Shown: positions 26,795 through 36,739, counted from the stretch's first letter. The stretch is 64,000 bases of DNA from Pseudomonadota bacterium (GCA_021848825.1 JAJZTQ010000005.1:13897-77896); one strand, 5' to 3'. Program-made: numbers and translations. The notes: generated from the sequence alone by a model not told the origin.

Positions 26795-29530
26795 TCAGAT
26801 CTGAAGTATCGACTGGAACAGGGTGCTCGCCACCTGCATCATTTTTCCGGCCGCCTGGTAGGCCTGCTGGTACCTGATCAGATTGGCCGCCTCTTCGTCC
26901 AGATTGACGCCGGAAATCGATTGCTGCTGCTGCGTCAGCTGGGTCTGCATGGCTGTCTGGGCCTGGCTCGTCACCTGCATCTGATTCGCCGTGGTGCCGA
27001 CCTGGGCGACGAGCTGGCTGTACGCGCCCACGAATGAAGTGGTTCCGCCCTCGAGCGTATTGGCGGTCTGCAGCCCCGCGAGCTTCAGTGCATTGCTGTT
27101 GTCCGTGTTCGCCCCGGTGTTCTTAGAAATGGTGAAACTGTCCCCCGCGCTGGGGTTTCCCGAAATGGTGGCAGTCCAGCCGTTGTAGCTGATCGGATTT
27201 CCGGATGAATAGGACACATTGGACGCGAGCGTGGTGTTGGTCTTCGTATCGAGGACATTGAATGTCGTAGGCGGATTGTTGAAACTGATCGTGACATTGT
27301 CCTGCAGCGCTGCGTTCAGGGGAGGCGTGGCGACCCCTGCGCTGATCGTCGCCGTCCCCGTGTTCTTGACGCTTCCGTCAGGATTCAAGGCGGGAGAAGT
27401 CTTGACCGGGGAAGCTGCCGCGATCAGGGAAGGGTCGGTCATCACCACGCTGATATCCTGAGCGCCATTGGCAGTGGGCTTGAGAATGAAGCTCGCTGTT
27501 CCCGAAACGGGATTCGCGACCACGATGTTCATGCCATCCGCACTGAAAGGAGAGGCGGCCGTGCCCGAGCCTGTCATCGGGACAACCTGGTTGGTCATGG
27601 TATCGATCAGCGACCAGGCCGTCCCGTTGTATTTCAATAGATAATTGTCTCCGGTCAGCTGGCTGAGCCCGGAGGGATTGCCGTTCTGCGTCACCGAAGA
27701 AACGGAGAAAGAGGCAGCCTGGGAAATGCCGCTGAAATTTTCGGAAATGTCGAGCGGCGCGGCACCATTGGGCAGATTGACGGAAACCGAACCCGACGTG
27801 ACGCCATACCCGGTTGCCCCCGTGATCGGGCTCCCGCTCGAATCGAACAGCAACACGGAAGGATCGGCGCTCCCCGGATTGGACACAACCGACACGGATG
27901 CGGATATGGCCTGCGCATTCGAAGAAGAAAGTCCATTCGACAAGGCCGAGCTGGAGGCCGCTGCAGCCATGGTCGACGAGGTCGCGCCGGCCTGCGTCGC
28001 CGCATTGGCGATCGCATATGCGATGGATCCTATTGCCGCGGCATTGGTTGCCGACAAGCCTGCTGTTGTTGCTGCATTTGCCGCAACAGTCTGGATTGCA
28101 GCGGGCGAAACCGTTCCTCCGGCGACAGCCGCGGCAACCGCTGTCTGTATGCTGCTGATCTGGGTCGTGGAGGCCCCGACCGCCTGGGCTGCGGAGGCCG
28201 CCGCATTGCCAAGCGCCTGCTGCAGCTGGGTTGCGCTTGTCTGCTGCGGATTGGCGGAGACGCCGTCGATGGTCGTGTAGACATTCCAGGTATTCGGCCC
28301 CGCATTCACGTAATAGGTCGAGGCCGTATGGGCCTGACCCAGGCTGTCGTAAAGCGTGGTGCTGTTCGAGAAATTGTAACTCGACGGATCGGAAGAATTG
28401 AAAGGCGTCGTGGCCGGAACGGTGGCAGAAGCATTCAGGCTTGCGGAAATCGACAGGCTCGAAGTCGCATTCGAGTTCGCAAAGGAAACATCCGCGGAAG
28501 CGCCCGTCCCGTTTGCAGGATCGGGGATCACGGCAGGAACAGGCGAATTGAAATAGGCCTGTCCCAGATTGCCGTTGAGATCCTGCCCGAGCTGCTGCTG
28601 CGCGTTGAAAGTCTGGGCAATGCCTATCGCGATCCTGCCCAGCGCGTTTTGCGCAGGATCAAGGGTCTGGGATCGGAAAGCGAACAACCCCCCCAGATTG
28701 CCGCCCTGAATGCTCGAATCAGGAAGGTAATCCGTCCCCGAAGGCGTGCTGAAGCCGACTGACATGTTGCTCGGATCGGCGGGATTGGGCGATGCGACAA
28801 GCTGCGAAACCTGACTCCCCACGACCAGGCTCTGCCCGTTTCCTATCAAAACGTTGTAGGAGCCATCGCTCTGCTTCACGACAGTGGTCTGGATTTCCTG
28901 GCTCATCTGTGAAATCAGCTGATCGCGCTGATCCATCAGGTCGTTGGGGGGCTGGCCGTTCGATGCGCCCTGGGCCGTGGTGATGGCCTCGTTCAATTGA
29001 CCGATCTGCTGCGCGTAGCTGTTGATGAGATTCACGCTGCTTGAAATCTGACCGTTCACGCCAGTCCTGATGCCGGTCAGCTGCTGGCTCGCATTCTGGA
29101 ATGCGGCGGTCATGCTCTGGGAAGCGCTCAGCATCGCCTGTCTGGAAGAAATCGACGAAGGATCGCTTGCGACGCCCTGCACCGCGGAAAAGAAGTTCTG
29201 GATCGCGGTATTGAGACCCAACCCGTTGCTGCCGAGAAGATTGTCGATCTGGTTGACCTGGTTCGAGTAGGTGCTGAGCTGGCTGCTGAGCGTCTGAGCC
29301 TGATTGGCCTGATTGGTGAGAAACTCGTTGTAGAGCCTTTTCACCGTCGCAACCTGAGTGCCCTGGCCGAAAAAACCTTCTCCCGTGCCCTGGGGAATAT
29401 TGGTCGTCTGAACGATCTGCTGCCTGTCGTATCCAGGCGTATTGGCATTGGCAATGTTGTTGCCCGTCACCATGATGCCTGCCTGTGCGGCATTGAGGGC
29501 GGTTAGACCGATGCTGAATATGTCACTCAT
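26795..29530 (-). CDS. flgK: Hook-filament junction protein FlgK (HAP1), strongly enlarged
   Basis: 911 aa. N-terminus 'MSDIFSIGLTALNAAQAGIMVTGNNIANANTPGYDRQ'; C-terminus 'QQQSISGVNLDEEAANLIRYQQAYQAAGKMMQVASTLFQSIL'. It contains an internal FlgE D2-like module (aa ~345-630). Confidence 0.93.
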   Translation of the reverse strand: MSDIFSIGLTALNAAQAGIMVTGNNIANANTPGYDRQQIVQTTNIPQGTGEGFFGQGTQVATVKRLYNEFLTNQANQAQTLSSQLSTYSNQVNQIDNLLGSNGLGLNTAIQNFFSAVQGVASDPSSISSRQAMLSASQSMTAAFQNASQQLTGIRTGVNGQISSSVNLINSYAQQIGQLNEAITTAQGASNGQPPNDLMDQRDQLISQMSQEIQTTVVKQSDGSYNVLIGNGQSLVVGSQVSQLVASPNPADPSNMSVGFSTPSGTDYLPDSSIQGGNLGGLFAFRSQTLDPAQNALGRIAIGIAQTFNAQQQLGQDLNGNLGQAYFNSPVPAVIPDPANGTGASADVSFANSNATSSLSISASLNASATVPATTPFNSSDPSSYNFSNSTTLYDSLGQAHTASTYYVNAGPNTWNVYTTIDGVSANPQQTSATQLQQALGNAAASAAQAVGASTTQISSIQTAVAAAVAGGTVSPAAIQTVAANAATTAGLSATNAAAIGSIAYAIANAATQAGATSSTMAAAASSSALSNGLSSSNAQAISASVSVVSNPGSADPSVLLFDSSGSPITGATGYGVTSGSVSVNLPNGAAPLDISENFSGISQAASFSVSSVTQNGNPSGLSQLTGDNYLLKYNGTAWSLIDTMTNQVVPMTGSGTAASPFSADGMNIVVANPVSGTASFILKPTANGAQDISVVMTDPSLIAAASPVKTSPALNPDGSVKNTGTATISAGVATPPLNAALQDNVTISFNNPPTTFNVLDTKTNTTLASNVSYSSGNPISYNGWTATISGNPSAGDSFTISKNTGANTDNSNALKLAGLQTANTLEGGTTSFVGAYSQLVAQVGTTANQMQVTSQAQTAMQTQLTQQQQSISGVNLDEEAANLIRYQQAYQAAGKMMQVASTLFQSILQI

Positions 29531-29553
29531 AGCCTGTGCTCCTATTAAATCTG

Positions 29554-29580
29554 ATTACGGCACATTCCCCGGAATCTTGA
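29554..29580 (-). promoter_or_regulatory. Sigma-28 promoter of flgKL
   Basis: The minus strand reads TCAAGATT-N11-GCCGTAAT against TAAAGTTT-N11-GCCGATAA, in the 52-nt flgJ-flgK gap. It is followed by an AGGAG RBS and the flgK ATG. Confidence 0.6.
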
Positions 29581-29582
29581 CA

Positions 29583-30419
29583 TCAAGCGACTTCCTGCAT
29601 GATATTTTCACCCAGTATCCGCATCATCTTTTCAGAGTAGCGGGGATCTGTCGCATAACCTGCCGACTGAAGCCCCTGCGCGAAACCTGCGGCATCCTGG
29701 CTCGACCCAGCGACAGTCGAATAACGCGGATTGGAACTCAGGAGATGAGCATAGTCCCTGAAGCACTCTGCATAGGAACTGTAGGCGCGGAAATTCTGGT
29801 AGACCTTTCTCGGCACGCCATTCACGTATTCCGTCGTCGGCGCAGTCACCACCGCCCCCTTCCAGTGCTTGTCAGCCTTTATTCCGAAAAGATTGTGGCT
29901 CATTCGCCCATTGGCGCCCTTGATCTCGTGCTTTCCCCATCCTGTTTCAAGCGCCGCCTGACCCAGCATGAACTTGGCCGGGATGCCGGTCTTGCCTGAC
30001 GCTTCCCTGGCATAGGGGAGCATTTTCGATATGAAATCCCTACCCTGCGCCGGCACTTCCGGCTTTTCCTCGGGAGAAGGATAGGCATATTGAGGAGCAG
30101 AGTTCGGCGTCACGGGCCCGGATGACCCGCCGAGCTGCTTTTCCATGATGGCTGCAAGCCCCAGCCCCTTTTTCGCCAGAAGCTGGGAAATCTGCTGATC
30201 GAGCATCGATGTGTACATCTTCGTCTGCTCGCTGTCAAAAGGACCATCCTGCATCGATGCATCCCTCATGCTTTTCAGCATCATGTCCATGAATACCGCT
30301 TCGAACTGCTTGGCAACGGAAGGCAATGCCGCATTGGGATTTTTCTGGGCCTGCAAGCGCAATGCATCGAGGCCGTTGACATCGAGATAGAATTTGCCAG
30401 CAGCGTCGAGGTTCGTCAT
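29583..30419 (-). CDS. flgJ: Flagellar rod-assembly protein / peptidoglycan hydrolase FlgJ
   Basis: ATG 30419 (MTNLDAAGKF...) makes an ATGA overlap with the flgI stop; the ORF opens at 30692 inside flgI. It has an N-terminal rod-binding domain ('VAKQFEAVFMDMMLKSMR') and a C-terminal glucosaminidase domain ('LGQAALETGWGKHEI...HNLFGIKA'). Confidence 0.93.
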   Translation of the reverse strand: MTNLDAAGKFYLDVNGLDALRLQAQKNPNAALPSVAKQFEAVFMDMMLKSMRDASMQDGPFDSEQTKMYTSMLDQQISQLLAKKGLGLAAIMEKQLGGSSGPVTPNSAPQYAYPSPEEKPEVPAQGRDFISKMLPYAREASGKTGIPAKFMLGQAALETGWGKHEIKGANGRMSHNLFGIKADKHWKGAVVTAPTTEYVNGVPRKVYQNFRAYSSYAECFRDYAHLLSSNPRYSTVAGSSQDAAGFAQGLQSAGYATDPRYSEKMMRILGENIMQEVA

Positions 30420-31516
30420 ATGATTTCCAGATCGGCTTTCAGGGTGCCTGCCGCCTTCATGGCCTGCAGGATGGACAAGAGATCCTGCGGCGTCGCGCCG
30501 ACTGCATTGAGCGCCTTCACCACATCCCCGAGGGACGCACCCTGCAACGTGATGAGGGAACCCTTCTGCGCCTTGACGCTGATCTGGGCCTGCTGGGTCA
30601 CCACTGTTCTTCCTTTCGAAAACGCCCCCGGCTGGCTGACGCTGGGTGTCGAAGCGATCACGACGGAAAGGCTGCCGTGCGCCACGGCGCAATTCTCTAT
30701 GGTGACAGCCTGGTTCATGACGATGGATCCTGTCCTCGCATTCACTATCACCTTCGCTGCAGACTCGGCAGGATCGACTTCAAGGTCCTCCAGCTGGCCG
30801 AGGAAAGCCACCCGCTCGTCGGCATTGACAGGCGCCTTGACCCGGATCACCCTGCCGTCCAGGGCCGAGGCCGTGCCCGGAAGGAAACTCCTGTTGATCG
30901 CATCGACGATGCGGCTGGCCGTCGTGAAATCGGTCGAATTGAGCTCGAAATCGACATATTGCCCCTGTCCGAGCGGGCTGGGAACAGGCCTTTCAACCGT
31001 CGCCCCGCCCGAAATGACGCCCACGCTCAGATGATTGACCTGAACCGAAGAGCCGCCCGCTGCCGCCCCCGCTCCGCCGACGAGAAGATTGCCCTGAGCC
31101 ATGGCGTAGATCTGGCCGTCACCGCCCTGCAGCGGGGTCATCAGCAATGTCCCGCCGCGCAGACTTGTTGCATTGCCAATCGATGAAACGGTGACGTCGA
31201 GCGTCTGCCCTGGCCTCGAAAATGCCGGCATTTCAGCAGTCACCGTGACTGCAGCGACGTTCTTCAGCATCATGCTCGTCGTCACAGAGGGAGGCAGGTT
31301 GACCCCCAGCCGCTGCAGCATGTTCATGATGCTCTGGATCGTGAAAGGGGTCTGCATCGTCATGTCGCCCGTGCCGTCCAGCCCGACGACGAGACCGTAG
31401 CCTATCAGCTGATTGCCCCGCACGCCCTGGATCGAAGCGAGATCCCTGATCCGCTCCGCCTGCGCGGTCCCTGCCAGAACTACCAGAAGCCATGTCAGCA
31501 TCAGCTTGCGCATCAT
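30416..31516 (-). CDS. flgI: Flagellar P-ring protein
   Basis: 366 aa. Signal peptide 'MMRKLMLTWLLVVLAGTAQA'; 'ERIRDLASIQGVRGNQLIGYGLVVGLDGTGD' is canonical. Confidence 0.96.
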   Translation of the reverse strand: MMRKLMLTWLLVVLAGTAQAERIRDLASIQGVRGNQLIGYGLVVGLDGTGDMTMQTPFTIQSIMNMLQRLGVNLPPSVTTSMMLKNVAAVTVTAEMPAFSRPGQTLDVTVSSIGNATSLRGGTLLMTPLQGGDGQIYAMAQGNLLVGGAGAAAGGSSVQVNHLSVGVISGGATVERPVPSPLGQGQYVDFELNSTDFTTASRIVDAINRSFLPGTASALDGRVIRVKAPVNADERVAFLGQLEDLEVDPAESAAKVIVNARTGSIVMNQAVTIENCAVAHGSLSVVIASTPSVSQPGAFSKGRTVVTQQAQISVKAQKGSLITLQGASLGDVVKALNAVGATPQDLLSILQAMKAAGTLKADLEII

Positions 31517-31521
31517 TTTTC

Positions 31522-32190
31522 CTAGAAAGGCAGGAAGGAAAGGAAGAAGCGCTGCAGCCAGCCCATGACCTGCGCCTCGTTGATATAGCCGCTGGACTTG
31601 TATTCTATCCTCGCATCGGCGACCTGGGTCGAGAGAATGGTGTTTCCGTACTGCACCAATGCAGGATTCACCACCCCCGAGAAGCGGATGAATTCATGCC
31701 CCTGATTGATCGCGATCTGCTTCTCTCCGCTGACGAGCAGGTTGCCGTTGGGCAGCACTTCCGTCACCGTCACGGTGATCGCGCCTGTGAAGACATTGTT
31801 TCCGCTGCTCGCACCGCTGCCAGAAAACTTGTTTGTCGAGCTCCCGGAGAGCGAAGCGCCCTGGTTGAGCTGCACGCCCAGTCCCACGGGTGCGGCAGCA
31901 GTCAGCCCCACGCTGCCGGCCTTGTTCGCGCTGCTTGCGGACGTCGTGGAGGCCGCGGTATTTTCGACGATGTTGATGGTCAGCGTATCGCCCACATTCA
32001 TCGCCTTGACGTCCTGGAAAAGAGGATGCTGGGAAATGCCCACATGATAGATCGCGCCGTCGGAAGGAGGGGGCGGCTCGGCAGGGGGCCTCGAAGTCAG
32101 GGGCTGATGGGTGTCCGTCTGCGGCACACTCGCGCAGCCGGAAAGGATGACCATCGCCAGAAGAAGATATTTTCCCATTCTCGTCATCAC
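31522..32190 (-). CDS. flgH: Flagellar L-ring lipoprotein
   Basis: 222 aa. Lipobox 'VILSGC'; '[15 protein letters not shown]...[22 protein letters not shown]' is canonical. Confidence 0.95.
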   Translation of the reverse strand: MMTRMGKYLLLAMVILSGCASVPQTDTHQPLTSRPPAEPPPPSDGAIYHVGISQHPLFQDVKAMNVGDTLTINIVENTAASTTSASSANKAGSVGLTAAAPVGLGVQLNQGASLSGSSTNKFSGSGASSGNNVFTGAITVTVTEVLPNGNLLVSGEKQIAINQGHEFIRFSGVVNPALVQYGNTILSTQVADARIEYKSSGYINEAQVMGWLQRFFLSFLPF

Positions 32191-32969
32191 ATCGATGTCA
32201 CTTTCTGAAGCATCTGGTCTGCAGTCGAGATCGCCTTCGAATTGATTTCGTAGGTCCGCTGCGTCTGGATCATGTTGACGAGCTCTTCCACCACGTTCAC
32301 GTTCGACGTCTCGACATAGCCCTGATCGAGCAGCCCGGTTCCGTTCGTACCCGGGGTGTTGAGCGAAGGCGCACCGGAAGAAGCAGTCTGAAGATAGAGA
32401 TTGTTTCCCATCGCCTGCAATCCTGCAGGATTGATGAATGTCGCGAGCTGGACAGAACCGACCTGGACAGGCGTTGTGGAGCCCGCCTGCAGAACGGTCA
32501 CCGTGCCGTCGGAGCCGACGGTGACGCTCTGGGCGCCCTGGGGTATGGTCACTGCCGGCTGAACCACATAACCGCTTGCCGTGACGAGCTGCCCTGCATT
32601 GTTGGTCTGGAATGCGCCGTCCCGGGTATAGGCTATCGTCCCGTCAGGCAGCAGGACCTGGAAAAAGCCGATGCCGTTGATCGCAATGTCCGTCGAATTC
32701 CCGGTTTGCTGGAGGTTGCCCTGGGTGAATATGCGCTCCGATGCGACGGGCATCACCCCTGTTCCGACCTGCAATCCCGAAGGCAGCTGGGTCTGCTGCG
32801 AAGACTGCGCGCCAGGCTGCCTCAGCGTCTGATAAAGCAGATCTTCGAAGACGGCCTGGGAACGCTTGAAGCCGTTCGTGCTGACGTTGGCAAGGTTGTT
32901 CGAGATCGTATCCATTTCGATCTGCTGCGCATCCATGCCAGTCTTCGCTATCCAGAGCGCTCTCATCAT
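32187..32969 (-). CDS. flgG: Flagellar distal rod protein
   Basis: 260 aa. '[36 protein letters not shown]' and the C-terminus '[31 protein letters not shown]'. Confidence 0.96.
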   Translation of the reverse strand: MMRALWIAKTGMDAQQIEMDTISNNLANVSTNGFKRSQAVFEDLLYQTLRQPGAQSSQQTQLPSGLQVGTGVMPVASERIFTQGNLQQTGNSTDIAINGIGFFQVLLPDGTIAYTRDGAFQTNNAGQLVTASGYVVQPAVTIPQGAQSVTVGSDGTVTVLQAGSTTPVQVGSVQLATFINPAGLQAMGNNLYLQTASSGAPSLNTPGTNGTGLLDQGYVETSNVNVVEELVNMIQTQRTYEINSKAISTADQMLQKVTSM

Positions 32970-32992
32970 GATTACTTTCCTCCGCTATTTTT

Positions 32993-33733
32993 CTAGACGT
33001 TGTAGAGTTCGCTGGCCTTGTTGGCATCGCTATCTGCGGTCTGCAGCAGCTTCATCTGCATTTCGAACGAACGTCCCAGATTGATCATGTCTATCGTCGA
33101 GGCCACCATGTTGACATTGCTTCCCTCGAGCGACCCTGAATTGATCAGGACATTCGCATCGGCTTCCGCAGGCTTGCCGCTGGTCAACCTGAAAAGGTCG
33201 TCCGGCCCTTTCACGAGCTGGTTTGCCTTGGGATTGACGAGCTTCAGGCGGCCAAGAATGGTCACTGAAGTCGGCAAATCCCCGGTGGGAACGGTGGATA
33301 CTGTTCCATCCCTGGCAATTGTGACCTGGGTATTGGGCGGGATCGTGATGGTGCCGCCGTCCTGCCCCACCACTGAGAGGCCATTGCTCGTCTGCAATAT
33401 GCCACTCGGGTCGATCTTGAAATTGCCGTTCCGCGTATAGGCTTCCGATCCGTCTGCAAGCTTCACTGAAAACCATCCATCCCCCATCACGGCGAGGTCC
33501 AGCGGATTGCCCGTGTGATTGATCGTTCCCGAAGAAAGATCCGCCCCTGCAACCGAATTCACGACGAATTCCCTTGTCGGATTGCCCGGACCGTAAACGG
33601 GGATGGCGCTGAACACGTTGATGTCCGATTTGAATCCATTGGTACTGATATTGGCAAGATTCTGCGATACCGCAGCAAGCTGCATCATGGTGTGCTTGGC
33701 GGCAGTCATGCCGACATAGATCAACCTGTCCAT
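32993..33733 (-). CDS. flgF: Flagellar proximal rod protein
   Basis: 246 aa. 'MDRLIYVGMTAAKHTMMQLAAVSQNLANISTNGFK' and the C-terminus 'LEGSNVNMVASTIDMINLGRSFEMQMKLL'. Confidence 0.94.
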   Translation of the reverse strand: MDRLIYVGMTAAKHTMMQLAAVSQNLANISTNGFKSDINVFSAIPVYGPGNPTREFVVNSVAGADLSSGTINHTGNPLDLAVMGDGWFSVKLADGSEAYTRNGNFKIDPSGILQTSNGLSVVGQDGGTITIPPNTQVTIARDGTVSTVPTGDLPTSVTILGRLKLVNPKANQLVKGPDDLFRLTSGKPAEADANVLINSGSLEGSNVNMVASTIDMINLGRSFEMQMKLLQTADSDANKASELYNV

Positions 33734-33746
33734 CCATTCACCTCAA

Positions 33747-35228
33747 TCAAAGTCCGCTTACGATGGTCTGCAGCACGGTATCCTCGGCCTTGATGGACTG
33801 GGCATTCGCCTGATAGATTCTTTGGGCGCTGATCAGATTGACGAGTTCGGCAGTCAAGTCGACGTTGGAACCTTCCACAGCCGACGATTGCAGCACCCCC
33901 AGACTGGTTGTCCCGGGCGCGCCGATCAAGGCCGAACCCGAAGCAAGGGTTTCTCCATACTGATTGTTGCCGAGATCCGTGAGCCCGTTCGGGTCTGTGA
34001 AATTCGCCAGCGCAACCTGTCCCAGAATCTGGGTCTGTCCGTTCGAATAGCTGCCGGAGATGGTGCCGTCCTTGCCGATGCTGTAATTGCTCAGCTGCCC
34101 CGTTGCATAGCCATTCTGGGACAGGGAATTGGTTCCGAAATTCCCGCCGTACTGCGTCATGCTGCCGAAATCGACAGTGAATGCGAGCGGTGCGGCACCG
34201 TTCGTCAGGGTGATCGTCTTGCTGAGGTTGGTCGGCGCGCCCGCCCCCGTGGTGATGAGCGTTCCGCTGGTGCTGAAAGTCAGCGTGGAGGAAGCCGCCG
34301 AAGAACTGGCGCCTATCGCCGGGAGCGCGGCAACTGCCGTGTTGATGGCGGACGCCTGGGCTGCAGTCAGGGTTGCGTCCGCTGAGGCCGCCGTCGCAAC
34401 CGATGCAGGGGTCGCTCCTGCAAGATTGGCGGCATTAGTGGCGGCAGTGGTCAGGGTACCGATCTGGGCAGTAGTGAGCGGCGCAGAAGGCGTCAGCGCG
34501 GTTGCGGCGGCTTCGGCCGTGCTGATGGCGCTGCTCGCAAGCGAGGTTGCAGTCTGGATGTCGGCGGGCGAGCCGTCCACATAGGTGTGAGCCGCCCAGG
34601 TGTCGGGCGCCGTATTCACGAAATAGAAGGTGCCGGTATGCGACTGCCCAAGGCTGTCGTAAAGCGTCTCGGGAATTGAAAAATTGTAGCTGGTCGAATC
34701 GGCCGGATTGAAGGGCGTTGTCGCAGGCGGCGTGGCCGACGAAGAGAGATTCGCACCGACGCCGGTGGTCGTCGAAGCCTTGGGCGGGAGGCTGGCCGTG
34801 GAAATCTGAAGATTAGTCAGCGAACCCGGGGTCACCACGCCGTTGGTCGCGCTGTATCCGGTCAGATTCTGCCCGAGCGCATTGACGATGTAGCCGTTCT
34901 TGTCGAGTTGGAATTCCCCGTCCCTGGTGTAGGAAATGGTGTTCCCTGAACTCACCCTGAAAAAGCCCTGCCCGTTTATGGCAAGGTCGAGCGGGTTGCT
35001 GGTGGTGGTGATATTGCCCTGGGCGAACTGTTCGGTCACGGCAGCGACGGTGACCCCGATTCCGATCTGCGAACTGCCCCCCCCTCCCAGCGAATTGGCA
35101 TAGACGTCGGCGAATTGCGCAGTCGAGGATTTGAACCCCACCGTGTTGCTGTTCGCCACATTGTTTCCGATGACCTGAAGATTCTTGTCCGCAGCACTGA
35201 GCCCGCTCAATCCCTGTTGAAAACCCAT
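33747..35228 (-). CDS. flgE: Flagellar hook protein, enlarged
   Basis: 493 aa. 'MGFQQGLSGLSAADKNLQVIGNNVANSNTVGFK'; D2 motif 'FNPADSTSYNFSIPETLYDSLGQSHTGTFYF'; C-terminus 'VEGSNVDLTAELVNLISAQRIYQANAQSIK'. An Ala/Ser/Thr-rich insertion spans aa ~222-315. Confidence 0.95.
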   Translation of the reverse strand: MGFQQGLSGLSAADKNLQVIGNNVANSNTVGFKSSTAQFADVYANSLGGGGSSQIGIGVTVAAVTEQFAQGNITTTSNPLDLAINGQGFFRVSSGNTISYTRDGEFQLDKNGYIVNALGQNLTGYSATNGVVTPGSLTNLQISTASLPPKASTTTGVGANLSSSATPPATTPFNPADSTSYNFSIPETLYDSLGQSHTGTFYFVNTAPDTWAAHTYVDGSPADIQTATSLASSAISTAEAAATALTPSAPLTTAQIGTLTTAATNAANLAGATPASVATAASADATLTAAQASAINTAVAALPAIGASSSAASSTLTFSTSGTLITTGAGAPTNLSKTITLTNGAAPLAFTVDFGSMTQYGGNFGTNSLSQNGYATGQLSNYSIGKDGTISGSYSNGQTQILGQVALANFTDPNGLTDLGNNQYGETLASGSALIGAPGTTSLGVLQSSAVEGSNVDLTAELVNLISAQRIYQANAQSIKAEDTVLQTIVSGL

Positions 35229-35237
35229 GGTTCGCTC

Positions 35238-35900
35238 CTACGAAATTTGCTTCACTGAAGACAAGGCCACAGCGCCGCTGTTTGAAAGATTGAGCATCAC
35301 GCCCTGTGCATTTTGTGAAACGCTGTTCACGGTATCCTGCATCAATGTCGTGGCGGCCACCGAGCTTCCTCCCTGGGATGCCTTGACCGAGAATTGATAG
35401 GTGCCATTGGCCGCCTTCGCGCCTGAATTCGTTGAGCCATCCCATGAAAGCGAGAGGGTGCCTGCATTCTCCGCGCCGAGATTCATGGTCTTCACCGTGT
35501 TGCCCGCCGAATCGGTGATCGTGACCGTCAGATTGTCCACTGCCTGGGGAAGATCCACGCCATAGGAAGCAACGCCGTTCTGCAGATTCATGCTGCTTCC
35601 GGGCGAAAGCACCTGCTTTCCGATCAGGCCGGCCGACTGCAGAACCTGGCTCGACAGCATGGCAGCCGAAAGGGAATTCATGGTGGTGTTGAGATTGTCT
35701 ATCCCGTTCACGGTGGAGAGCTGCGCGAGCTGGGTGGTGATTTGGGAATTGTCCATCGGATTCAATGGATCCTGATTCTGCATCTGCGTGACAAGAAGGG
35801 TCAGGAACTGGTTCTGCATGGCCTGAACCGAACTCGCTCCGGTCAGGGCGCCAGCTGCAGTCGCAGAACCCGTCTGATTCTGAACAGAACTCACACTCAT
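35238..35900 (-). CDS. flgD: Hook capping/assembly protein
   Basis: 220 aa. 'FLTLLVTQMQNQDPLNPMDNSQITTQLAQLSTV' is canonical FlgD. Confidence 0.95.
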   Translation of the reverse strand: MSVSSVQNQTGSATAAGALTGASSVQAMQNQFLTLLVTQMQNQDPLNPMDNSQITTQLAQLSTVNGIDNLNTTMNSLSAAMLSSQVLQSAGLIGKQVLSPGSSMNLQNGVASYGVDLPQAVDNLTVTITDSAGNTVKTMNLGAENAGTLSLSWDGSTNSGAKAANGTYQFSVKASQGGSSVAATTLMQDTVNSVSQNAQGVMLNLSNSGAVALSSVKQIS

Positions 35901-35912
35901 CGCATTTCTCCT

Positions 35913-36314
35913 TTATTGCCCCATTGTTAAGGTTTTGGTCAGCAAGTTCTTGGCCGTGTTCATCATGTCGACGTTGTTCTGGTAGGAACGGGATGCCGAA
36001 ATCATGTTGACCATTTCCTCGATGACATTCACATTCGGCATCGCGACGAATCCCTGGGCATTCGCCATGGGATTCTTCGGCTCGTAGACCATCTTCATCG
36101 GCGAAGGATCCTGAACGATCCCATCGACCTTCACCCCGGTTGCGCCGGAGCCCACTGGAACGGCGCTGAAAATCACCTGCTTGGCCCGATAAGGCTGCCC
36201 GTCCGGGCTCGTTGCGCTGTCGGCATTGGCGAGATTGCTCGCCACCACGTTGAGACGCTGGGACTGGGCAAGCATGCCTGAACCTGCAACGTCGAATATA
36301 TTGAACAAGGACAT
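35913..36314 (-). CDS. flgC: Flagellar proximal rod protein FlgC
   Basis: 133 aa. '[33 protein letters not shown]' and the C-terminus '[28 protein letters not shown]'. Confidence 0.96.
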   Translation of the reverse strand: MSLFNIFDVAGSGMLAQSQRLNVVASNLANADSATSPDGQPYRAKQVIFSAVPVGSGATGVKVDGIVQDPSPMKMVYEPKNPMANAQGFVAMPNVNVIEEMVNMISASRSYQNNVDMMNTAKNLLTKTLTMGQ

Positions 36315-36317
36315 GAA

Positions 36318-36710
36318 TTACCCCGTGATGGCAGAAAGCATGGTCTTGATCTTGTTCGTCAAGACAGTCAGATCGGCTTCATACCGGATCGCATTGTTCA
36401 CGTACTTGTTTCTTTCCACGTCCATCTCCACGGTATTGCCATCCAGGCTCGCCTGATAGGGCATGCTGTATTTCAGCTTGACGCCGAGCGCATTGGAAGC
36501 AGGCTGCATGTGATGCGGATCCGTCGTCTGAAGCATGCCGCCATTCCTGGAAAAGGCATTCTTCAGTTCGGATGAGAAATCGAAATCCCTCGCCTTGTAG
36601 TTCGGCGTATCCGCATTGGCGATGTTCGATGCCAGAACCTGCTGGCGAACGCCCCTGAGATCGATCGCTTTCTGGAAAAAGGAAAAAGACTCGTCAAGCC
36701 TGCTGACCAT
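36318..36710 (-). CDS. flgB: Flagellar proximal rod protein FlgB
   Basis: 130 aa from ATG 36710, with a GGAGG RBS just upstream. 'LRGVRQQVLASNIANADTPNYKARD' matches FlgB. The listed 344-aa ORF (to 37352) is an upstream extension running antisense through flgA. Confidence 0.93.
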   Translation of the reverse strand: MVSRLDESFSFFQKAIDLRGVRQQVLASNIANADTPNYKARDFDFSSELKNAFSRNGGMLQTTDPHHMQPASNALGVKLKYSMPYQASLDGNTVEMDVERNKYVNNAIRYEADLTVLTNKIKTMLSAITG

Positions 36711-36739
36711 GATGCCTCCGAAATGTTCACCGATTCCGG

